From the NCBI GenBank assembly GCA_963693365.1, contig CAVNZM010000015.1, forward strand, positions 3,658,001 through 3,722,000: a DNA stretch of 64,000 nucleotides, given 5' to 3'. Both the position numbers and the translations under genes were made by a program. This document shows, one piece after another, positions 54,920 through 64,000 of this stretch (its first letter is position 1; the number at the start of each line of letters is the position of its first letter). The notes beneath the pieces were generated by a model, which was given only the letters and a program-made list of their open reading frames with translations, was not told the origin of the DNA and did no database searches. Source of the DNA: Amoebidium appalachense. Its lineage: Eukaryota > Protista > Ichthyosporea.

Positions 54920-55741
54920 CCAATAATTGCCCTCGAAGAAAATTCTGAACCGTGTCTTACATAATCCTACCTCCCCCCCCCCCCCTCCCCCGGCCCTGAC
55001 CCCAATAATTAATTGCCTTCGAAGTGCAATATTGAACTGTCTTACCTTATAATCCTCCCCCCAGACCTGAGGCTCCCCTCTACCCCTGGCCAACCCCCCG
55101 GCCTGCCCCAATCATTGACTTGCCTTCGCCGAAGTGCAATTTTTCATTAACGTTCTGTCTTGCATAATCCTCCCTTACCCCCGCCTCCCCCCCCTCCCCC
55201 CCCCCCCCCTCCCCCCCCCTCCCCCGGGGTGCGCACCCCCCCCCCCCCCCCCCCTCCCTGTGCAGCCCCAATCATTGTAATTCCTCCCTCCACTCCTCTC
55301 CCCCCCTTCCCCCCCCCCCACCTCCGGGGCCCCCCCTGCCTCGATAATAATCCCTCGAACTCAAGTGTAATCTTCAAGTTGAACCGTTTTCAATACGGTC
55401 TCAAAGTCCCCCTCCTCAGCCTGCCTGCGTATCAGTGAAGTTCCTCCCCCCCCCCTCCCCCTCCTCCACCCCCCCCCCCCCCCCCCCTGCAACACCCCCC
55501 TCTGCCCCTGCCCCAATAATTGCCTCGAAGTGCAATTTTGAACCGCGGGCTTACATCATCCCGGGCCCCCCTTCCCCCTCCCACACCCTCCGAGACCCGC
55601 CCCACCAGCTCCTCGGAGCCACCCCCCCCCCCCCCCCCCCCCTCCCCGCCCCCAAAAAATGCCCTGACTCGAAGTGAAATTTTTTCAATTGAACTGCAAT
55701 ACATAATCCTCTCCGGTTCCCCTCCCCCCCTCCCCCATCCT

Positions 55742-55773
<32 letters not shown>

Positions 55774-56110
55774 TTCTTGAAGTTCCCGAATGCCGCGCGG
55801 CCTTCGGAGTACATTTTTTAGCTGTTTAAGCTTACCAAAATATCCCCCCTCAAGTCCTCCGAGCCACCACCCCCCTCCCCCCTCCTCCTGGGACCCCCCC
55901 TCCCTCTGCCCAATTAAGGCCCTCATTATGCGCCTCGAAGTGAAAAGTTATCTTCAAGTTGAACTGTTGTACATAACTCTCCCTCCCCCCTCCGCCCCCA
56001 CCACCAGGCCCCCCAGTTCTCCCCTGCACCAATAATTGCCCTCGAAGTGCAATTTAAAGAACTGTCCTTCCATAATCCCCCCCCCCCCCCCCCCCCCTCC
56101 CCCCCCCCCC

Positions 56111-56149
<39 letters not shown>

Positions 56150-56706
56150 ACCCACACACGTCTCTCACCGGTCCCGGCGGTCCCCCCGGCCCTCTCCGAG
56201 CCCATGAGGCCTCCCCTGCGCGAACATTTTTTTTTGCCCGCTAAGTGCAATTTAGAACTGTCTTGCCGTTATGATCCCCCCTCCCCACCCCCCACCCTCC
56301 CTTCCCCCCGCCCCGATACTACTCGAAGTGCAACTTTAACGGCGTAGTAGAACTCAGTGGTCTTACTGATCGGATTCCTCCCTCCCTATTAGTAAGCCCT
56401 CCCCCCCCCCCCCCCCCCCCCCCTTCCGCCCCAATAATTGCTCTCGAAATGTGATGATTTTGAGCAGCTGTCTACATGTACATAGCTCACTAATATCCCT
56501 TCCTCCGAGCGCCCCCCCCCCCCCCCCCCCTCCCCCCCCCCCCCCCCCCCCCCCCTCGGGACCTCCCGGGGGGCCCCCAATAATCATCCCTATCATCCCT
56601 CAAAGTGCAACTTTGAACTCAGGCAGGTTTTATCGTTGATTGCCGCCTCTCCCCCCCCCCCCCACCCACCCAATAATTGCCCTCGAAGTGCTTGAATTTC
56701 GGACTG
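54920..56706. repeat. Degenerate array of a ~45-bp motif CCAATAATTGCCCTCGAAGTGCAATTTTGAACTGTCTTACATAATCC with C-rich spacers
   Basis: Motif copies near 54921, 55003, 55110, 55345, 55513, 55668, 55930, 56029, 56243, 56322, 56431, 56600 and 56671. Confidence 0.88.
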
Positions 56707-57790
56707 TTTTTGTAGGGGTTGACTAACTTACAGATTTTTAATAAGGTTTTCCGAATATAACTGAGATTTAAGCGCTCAGTAAGAATTTGGAAAGATTTTA
56801 AAATTCCAGCTGACTAGCCCCCAGGCACCTCACATAGGAAAGTTAATTAAGGATTTTTCCTCTTGTCCTAGGCCTTGTGGGCTAGGGGGGCCTGCATGGA
56901 ATTTCGATTTTAGCTGGCTACCGCCCCACAATGTTTCACGTAATATTATCATCGCGTCGGCCTACCTCTGTACAATCCCCTCCCCCGGCCCCCGGTGGCC
57001 ATCCCTTCCCCCCCCCCCCCCCCCCCCTGGCGGCGCCCTCCCCCAGCCCGCCCACCCATCTCTCAAGGCCTCGACGTTAGCCATGTATAACCCTGGGCAT
57101 CCGTTAAAGTCTCGTAATTCAACCTTATAAACGGATATCATTAGTAACAAAAAAATCAATCAATGTAGACTAAAACTACTAGTTAGAATTTTGTTAATAG
57201 TTTCGGAGTATGTACGTAAGTTACACTTAATAAGCCGCTCAGCTGTGGTGGCCTAGACTTCAGGCTGTCGAGGCTCAGCCCTCAGGAGGCTGCCAATATA
57301 CTTCGAGATTGTCAGCGCATACAAGTGCAAGTGAGCTCGGCCTGAGTCGATCTGCTCGACTATGACCTTGAATCATCTTGCGTATCATCATGATCTCAAA
57401 GGCAAAGTTTCAGTGACCACCTGCCATTCAGTGACTCACCGTGACCGGGCGACGGCCCCACACGTTTATTGAAAAGGCACCTCAGAAATGTAGTACTACA
57501 AGGTAAAATTTTCTTGCAATACTGTAGTGCGCTGATGGTCATCATGACGCTTTTATGCACTCTTGGCTAACACTGCGCAATCTTAATACTGTTACAAATA
57601 CAACGTTCTACTCACTCAGGACAGCTGAACACAGTCACTGTGCTGTACACCGTGGAACATGTTACAAAGACATGTACACACACACACACTCATGGTCAGT
57701 CTGGTGACACGGTGCACACACATTGTGTCACAGACACGCACACACGCACACACACACACATGTCACACACACGTGACCCACCCACCCACC

Positions 57791-57857
<67 letters not shown>

Positions 57858-57994
57858 ACACGCACACACAAGGACACGCACTGTGAAAAAGACAGTGGCA
57901 CGCACACACACCGTGACACACACACACAAGGACCGTGGCACACTGTGAAACAGACAGTGGCACGCACACACCCACACCGTGACACAAACACACA

Positions 57995-58060
<66 letters not shown>

Positions 58061-58091
58061 CACACACACTGACATGTCACACGTGACACGT

Positions 58092-58163
<72 letters not shown>

Positions 58164-59117
58164 CACAAACTGTAGCAATGGCGCATGGGCCCAAGGTAGA
58201 CGGACCGATATAAAAGGCCTTACGGCTTTACGGTAGGCTAAGTGGAATCCGGCGTGACGGACTGGCGGAGGAGTCACGGATGCATCGGCGAAAAGCGTGT
58301 GCATGGATGGCATGCGCGCGTTCCGTACACACGTACGTGGTAGTTGCCAGACCTAAAAATAGCATCCGGTTTGGCAAACAGATAACAGAGAGGGGGAGAC
58401 CCCAGACTTTGGCCGCGTCATTCAAAACTGGCACCAATCATAAAACAGTCCGAGGCCAAGGAGATGGATCTATCGGTCTGGGCGTCCGACGGCATAATCT
58501 GACTCACATTTGCGCAACACGTGCACCTGGGAGGCCGCAATGCACTTCTAGTGAAGTGTGAGACGCGGAGTCCTCTTCTCTTGTCAGTGACGCACACAGG
58601 TCCGGGCTGGCGTGACAGGCTGTGCGGAAATTCTGTGACTAATACTGAGTGGGACAATGTCACAGCCCTTACTTGAATATATTACCTAACTAAGCTTACC
58701 TACTATTAGCAGATTAATAGTATATTAGGCTCATGAACTAATGATAATTATACTTATTGAGTCTATTGGCATATGAATATCCTACTGCACACTCGGACGT
58801 ACGCGCGCACACACACGTGCATGCATGCACATGTGCACCAGTGCACGCGGTGCTGGCAGTGGCCGCACAAGGACAATATATGTACATGCGAACACATGTG
58901 TACTGTATATAGAGTATAGTAGCTGCCAGCACACACTAGCACTGTGACACACATATCGTCAGGTGTGTACACGTGTACACACACCGTGACATGTACATTG
59001 TACATGTCACACACACACACACGCCCCGCACACCTCGTGAATTCATGAAAGCGGGGGGCCATGGCTGCACGGGCCTGACAGCCTGGCGCGTGAGTGTGGC
59101 TTTATATATATAGTAAA

Positions 59118-59309
59118 GGGGTTTACGCTGTTTACTCGAGGCAAAGAGAACCAGTCTCAGGTATGGGGGGGGTTTTGCTCGGAATATCCCCTCAGCGGTA
59201 TATCATGATCACGTACATAGATGTCGGGTGGTGACTATATATCAGGGTTTACTTTCTCTACGAGACACCATAAAGACTACAAGGAGAAATCAATTAGTTG
59301 GGGTTCCCC

Positions 59310-59354
<45 letters not shown>

Positions 59355-59416
59355 TTTTAATTTTAATTTTAATTTTTTTTAAAGGGGCTTCCCTCGGGAC
59401 ACTCGGTATCAGCTGG

Positions 59417-59477
<61 letters not shown>

Positions 59478-61780
59478 TGTGTGTGTGTGCGCTATAATTT
59501 TGTAGTGATGTGTTTCTCAAGCCAATCAATACATCTAATAAACAGGTCGTAGTTACGCGTGTTTAGTATAAAATCAAGGATGTTGTAATTTACAGGTAGG
59601 CTATCTTTCTGGGTGTCTGTTGTGAATGTGACGTGTGTGTGTTGCGGTATTATGTGGTCTATCAAACTACATTTGGCGATACATGACCGGTTAAACTGGT
59701 GTGTGTGTGTGTTGTTTGGGCATGCAAATGATGCCACCTTATACTTATTAGATCTCCACTGTATAGCACGTGTACAGTAAAAGCGTGGTAATTGATCAAT
59801 AATACCATCAGCTAGAGAAAGACCAGTTCTACAGGAAGGTAATATGTATTTAGGTGTTATACACTTGCGAGTGCCATATTTGGCAATATGGTTGAGGCGG
59901 TCAGTATATATAAAACGAGACATAAGGCTTAGTTTTTCAAGGTGTATGCTTTCATCGGGTCTAGTGTCGTGTGGTATCTTTTTCCATTTGTTATATTGCG
60001 TGATTATCTTGTGATTGTGTACATGTTTAATAAGTAAGTGGCAGTCCAAAGTCACACACACACTATTGCGGGGTTTATTTGTATTTGTGCCCAGGGGAGA
60101 AGGGGAGAGAGAGGGGAGGAAAGAGGGGGGAGGTGAGGAGGGGACAGGTCGGATAGAGAAGAGAGGGTGGGAGGGCAAATACTTCTTTAAGCGGCTTATG
60201 TGCTTATTGAATTTCAGCGCGAGATAGGATACTCTAGCAGCTATTGGGACCAGACCATATATCGAGAGCGTTACAGGCCCAGGTTTACAACAGTTGTTAG
60301 ATAGAAAGGAGGCAACTTCTGCTTCAAGGAAATTTGCCAAGGGTTTAAGCGCTCTAGTTCTCTCTTTCTTGATCCAAGCGGCGAGAAGGGGTAAACCATA
60401 TTCACATGCCGGGAAGACAAAAGTGCGAATAAATGTAAGTCTAATAGAAGGATGGAGGGGTGTGTCTTTAAAAATATTAGCCGAGAAGAAAGCTAACCGC
60501 TTACGAGCCAACTCTACCCTCTTTTCGACCATATGGGGAAACATAACACCAACAGAATCAACCGGAACACCAAGATATTTGTATTCTGGAACTATAGGTA
60601 CAGGTTTAGATGATAATGTAAATGTGTGTAAATTGTTAGCTATATCAGGTACAAGAACACCACATTTGTCTATGTTAAGGATCATAAGGTTTGCCTTGCA
60701 CCACTCTGACACTACATCGAACAATCTTTGCAGGCGTCTAGGGGTACGGGCAAGGAGGGACAGATCATCAGCATAGAGAAGTGCAGGCGGAAAGTTATTA
60801 ATAGGGTCATCGTTTTCGGCGTAAATCTTGACAGCCAAATCATCTATAAATAGGTTAAACAAAAAGGGGCTAAGCAATGAACCCTGCAAGAGACCTCTAG
60901 TACGAGCAAAACCATATGAAAGATGCCCATTAACCACAGCTCTACCATAGGTTTGAGACAAGAGTGCTTCTAACAGAACACCAATGCAGTGTGGTACACC
61001 CCGTGCAGCAAGCTTTTCCCATAGGAGACCAGGGGAGACAGAATCGTAAGCAGTTTTCCAATCAATAAAGCCAACATATTGTGCACCAACTTGCATAGAA
61101 TCGTGCAGTGCCATTATTTGAACATAACATGAATTGTTTTTACGAAAAGCGGATTGGCATGGGTGTATGTGAAGAATAGATTGAAACCTAGGGTGGTGTG
61201 CAAATAACCTAAGTAAGCAAGCTTCAAAGAATCTACGAACAACCTGGGTTAGTGTAATGGGGCGAAAGGATGATATGGGGCCCTCAGAGTCCTTCTTAAC
61301 TATGGGGATCACTAAGGTATCTAACCAAGATGACGGGACATGTCCACATTTAACACACCAAGAAAAGAGAGAGCTTAACATGATAGTAAGATCAGGTTTA
61401 ATAGCACGATCACTTTCCTTTTGTGGGTAGGAGGGAACAAGGATTTTAAGAAACCCAGCAGGGAGTCCATCAGGTCCACAAGACTTACTAGAGCTATAAC
61501 TAGATATCACAGACCATATGGCATCGGGGCTGAAAAAGGGGAGGATCGATTCTATGGGGATAGATGGGTCTACAGGCCACACAATAGGTTTCTGAGCGGG
61601 GGTCCTATCTTTAAACAGTTCCGAGAAATACTTATCAGAGTCTATGAGGGGGTCTCCAGTGGTATCACCAATAATACGAGCAGGGGGGCCAAATCGATTC
61701 ATACTAGCAAGCCGGCGCAAGCTTTCCTTTTGAGACCTTTACACGAACACATTCCAGAGGAAAATTCCTCCAATAAAATC
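59118..61780 (-). mobile_element. Non-LTR retroelement copy: RT ORF, (CA)n, 35-bp spacer, A-tract and ~190-bp terminal module
   Basis: The RT stop codon at 59492 is followed at once by (CA)n, AACCAGCTGATACCGAGTGTCCC, an A-tract and a module ending GAGTAAACAGCGTAAACCCC at 59118. The 5' boundary is approximate. Confidence 0.8.
59492..61702 (-). CDS. Non-LTR retrotransposon-type reverse transcriptase, intronless, no endonuclease domain visible
   Basis: Uninterrupted ORF, first ATG at 61702, with RT motifs in order: KSCGPDG, FRPITL, QSAFR, FIDWKTAYDSV, GLLQGSLLSPFLFNLFIDDL, LLYADDL, LNIDKC, YKYLGV. C-terminal Cys/His cluster CPNNTHTHQFNRSCIAKC. An in-frame TAA lies about 40 nt upstream of the ATG. 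Confidence 0.95.
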   Translation of the reverse strand: MNRFGPPARIIGDTTGDPLIDSDKYFSELFKDRTPAQKPIVWPVDPSIPIESILPFFSPDAIWSVISSYSSSKSCGPDGLPAGFLKILVPSYPQKESDRAIKPDLTIMLSSLFSWCVKCGHVPSSWLDTLVIPIVKKDSEGPISSFRPITLTQVVRRFFEACLLRLFAHHPRFQSILHIHPCQSAFRKNNSCYVQIMALHDSMQVGAQYVGFIDWKTAYDSVSPGLLWEKLAARGVPHCIGVLLEALLSQTYGRAVVNGHLSYGFARTRGLLQGSLLSPFLFNLFIDDLAVKIYAENDDPINNFPPALLYADDLSLLARTPRRLQRLFDVVSEWCKANLMILNIDKCGVLVPDIANNLHTFTLSSKPVPIVPEYKYLGVPVDSVGVMFPHMVEKRVELARKRLAFFSANIFKDTPLHPSIRLTFIRTFVFPACEYGLPLLAAWIKKERTRALKPLANFLEAEVASFLSNNCCKPGPVTLSIYGLVPIAARVSYLALKFNKHISRLKKYLPSHPLFSIRPVPSSPPPSFLPSLSPSPLGTNTNKPRNSVCVTLDCHLLIKHVHNHKIITQYNKWKKIPHDTRPDESIHLEKLSLMSRFIYTDRLNHIAKYGTRKCITPKYILPSCRTGLSLADGIIDQLPRFYCTRAIQWRSNKYKVASFACPNNTHTHQFNRSCIAKCSLIDHIIPQHTHVTFTTDTQKDSLPVNYNILDFILNTRNYDLFIRCIDWLEKHITTKL

Positions 61781-63050
61781 GAGTCACCCCAGATACGGAA
61801 GCCCCCCAGATCAATAAACATCACGATGTAAATGGGGCTTCTGGGACCTGGCGTCCTCTGTCTTTTCCTTGTCCAAAACATAGTGCTTGTCAACGAAAGC
61901 TGTGACCACCCGTCCCCTATCCGACTTTCATCCGTGTTCGAATTCATATTCCCAGAACATTTCGATGTCGCATGGTAGCAGAGAAGGAAGGTGTCCCTCG
62001 GGGGGTAACCAGGTAAACACGCTTCCACACCCGCGCTCTGCTAGCATGCTACGATAGCTCATTTTTACGCACGGATGGTCACAGCAGTCCACGGATAACT
62101 ACGGATACACGAGGATGCATTTGCTTACTTATTCGGACGTCGCCCCGCAACGAGGCCATTTTTTTGCAACAGCCATATCGTTTTTCATAGCACACACAAC
62201 TCGATTTTTCGCACAAGCCCATTTCGCATGAGCGCATCATCTTTTCCCATTTTCCACACACGACCACAGTGATCATCGCAAGTTTTGGTCCTGATAATTT
62301 GTGCGTATAAGCAAAGCACGAGAAACGCCACCCCCGTGTGCTGCTAATCCCGCATAATGGGTGCCGGCCAGACACTAAGCCCAGCACACGTTTGCCGGAG
62401 GTTGTGAGTCTCGGACTTTGCTTGTGCCCACACGGTGGTTAAGATCACTTCCTGACGATCACTAGAGTCGTGTGTTTTCCTTCAGTCGGAACAGCCGTCG
62501 TTTGCGCAAACTACGTGTATATACCCAATCACGATATATTTCAACGTGTACGTCCGGAAGATCTATGTCTGCTTCTCGCTCTTGCTCGCCTCTGCTTACA
62601 TGTTTTGCTTTTATGTTTTGTACCCACGTGAGGTCATCCTCAGAGGCACTGCAGCCCGCCCACATGTGGTTAGGGGATGGCTTGGAGGTTTGCCTGTCCC
62701 TGACATATACACCGTGACGCCCCCCCCCCACCCCTAGTATGCATCCACATGAAGCTTATATGTTTGCACCCACGTACTAGCCTTATCCATGTGTGAGGAC
62801 ACACACTATCCTTCTCTTGTGCGCTTAACATGTGACGTAGATATACATCGAGTCACCCCAGACACGGAAGCCCCCCAGATCAATAAACATCACGATGTAA
62901 ATGGGGCTTCCGGGACCTGGCGTCTTCAGTCTTTTCCTTGTCCAAAACGTAGTGCTTGTCAACGCATCTCAGATGGAAAGCGACCATCCGTCCCCTATCC
63001 GACTTTCATCCGTGTTCGAATTCATATTCTCATCACATTTCGATGTCGCA
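61778..63050. repeat. Pair of ~200-bp direct repeats (61778-61972 and 62847-63050)
   Basis: Both read ATCGAGTCACCCCAGA.ACGGAAGCCCCCCAGATCAATAAACATCACGATGTAAATGGGGC...CGTGTTCGAATTCATATTC...CATTTCGATGTCGCA. Confidence 0.92.
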
Positions 63051-63483
63051 CCGCCTATTGGCATGCGTTTTATCTCTTACTTGCAAATATACTGTATATA
63101 ACTCGGTTTAAATAAGTTATGGTTGCAATTTATGTGGTAAATCTATTTTGCTCTCTACTTTCTCGGATGAAACGTTTCGTTACATGTTGACTTATCAGGA
63201 CAGGTAGTGCTCCGATTGTGTCACGAACATTCCGATGGACCTCACCCTATACTTCCAATGCTGGCAAATTTAAAGAACCGTTTATCCCGAAGAGTCAAAC
63301 TCAGTACTGTAAGCCACACACGCACACGCCGTGGGGCTGTGCTCCCACCGTATCCCCAAAATATAACCCGTGTAAACCACACAAACCAGGCGGTAATGGC
63401 CTCAATTATTTACCTCAAAAGCATTATGCATACATGTGTACAGGATATATGAAACCTTAATACATATTATTATGTGTCCGTTC

Positions 63484-63528
<45 letters not shown>

Positions 63529-63653
63529 ATACGTGTGGTACACATACACATACACAAAAACACACACACACTAGCACACACACACACGCACGCACACACA
63601 CACGCACACACACACAACTGCAGCTGTGTTATATGATTATACATTACATTATG

Positions 63654-63918
63654 GGGGTTTACGCTGTTTACTCGAGGCAAAGAGAGACCAGTCTCAGGTA
63701 TGGGGGTTTTTTGCTCGGAATATCCCCTCAGCGGTATATCATGATCACGTACATAGCTGTCGGGTGATGATTATATATCAGGGTTTACTTTCTCTACGAG
63801 ACACCATAAAGACTAAGAAAAATCAATTAGTTGGGGTTCCCGATTAAAAAAAATTCTTTTTTTTTTTTCTTTTTCTTTTTTTCGGGCTCCCCTGGGACAC
63901 TCGGACCGTATCAGCTGG

Positions 63919-64000
<82 letters not shown>
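63654..64000 (-). mobile_element. Second copy of the retroelement 3' module, running off the window edge
   Basis: Near-identical to 59118-59490 on the plus strand: GGGGTTTACGCTGTTTACTCGAGGCAAAGAG...CAATTAGTTGGGGTTCCCG, T-tract, GGGACACTCGG...TATCAGCTGGTT(GT)n. Confidence 0.9.

Noticed and set aside
54920-56706. CRISPR-like repeat-spacer array
   Set aside because: Repeats are degenerate, spacers are low-complexity and variable in length, no cas genes are present, and the context is eukaryotic.
59380-59420. Hammerhead ribozyme in the retroelement 3' module
   Set aside because: CTGATAC does not match the CUGANGA core, and the RT is not Penelope-type.
60294-60776. 160-aa plus-strand ORF inside the RT
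   Set aside because: Antisense shadow with no recognisable motif.
59492-61702. Group II intron, retron or telomerase RT
   Set aside because: The GPDG, RPITL, QG..LSP.LFN and YKYLGV motif set and the long C-terminus fit non-LTR elements; no domain V hairpin or TERT motifs were seen.

Overview
This window is eukaryotic DNA saturated with microsatellites: poly-C/poly-G, (CA)n/(TG)n and (GA)n. Almost all ORFs in the track are translations of these repeats. Manual splicing at GT-AG junctions gives three genes. (1) A minus-strand gene with a charged helical N-terminus and a Mint/X11-like PDZ domain (ATG 4414; 3' end unresolved). (2) A full-length ABCA-family transporter of about 38 exons on the minus strand (47350-6929). 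(3) A divergently transcribed 5-exon secreted protein (48810-54139, +) with a group III phospholipase A2 fold, its catalytic His replaced by Arg, and a beta/gamma-crystallin-like tail. The right end holds an intact non-LTR-type reverse transcriptase ORF with no endonuclease. It is bracketed by two near-identical (CA)n + A-tract + ~190-bp modules, and a third, diverged partial module lies in an ABCA intron. The strongest unusual signal is intron architecture: many 3' splice sites have (CA)n or poly-C running into the CAG instead of a U-rich tract, this polarity flips with gene strand, and several donors run into (GT)n. A unicellular holozoan (choanoflagellate-like) host is my inference only. 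All gene models were read by eye and a few junctions are unresolved.
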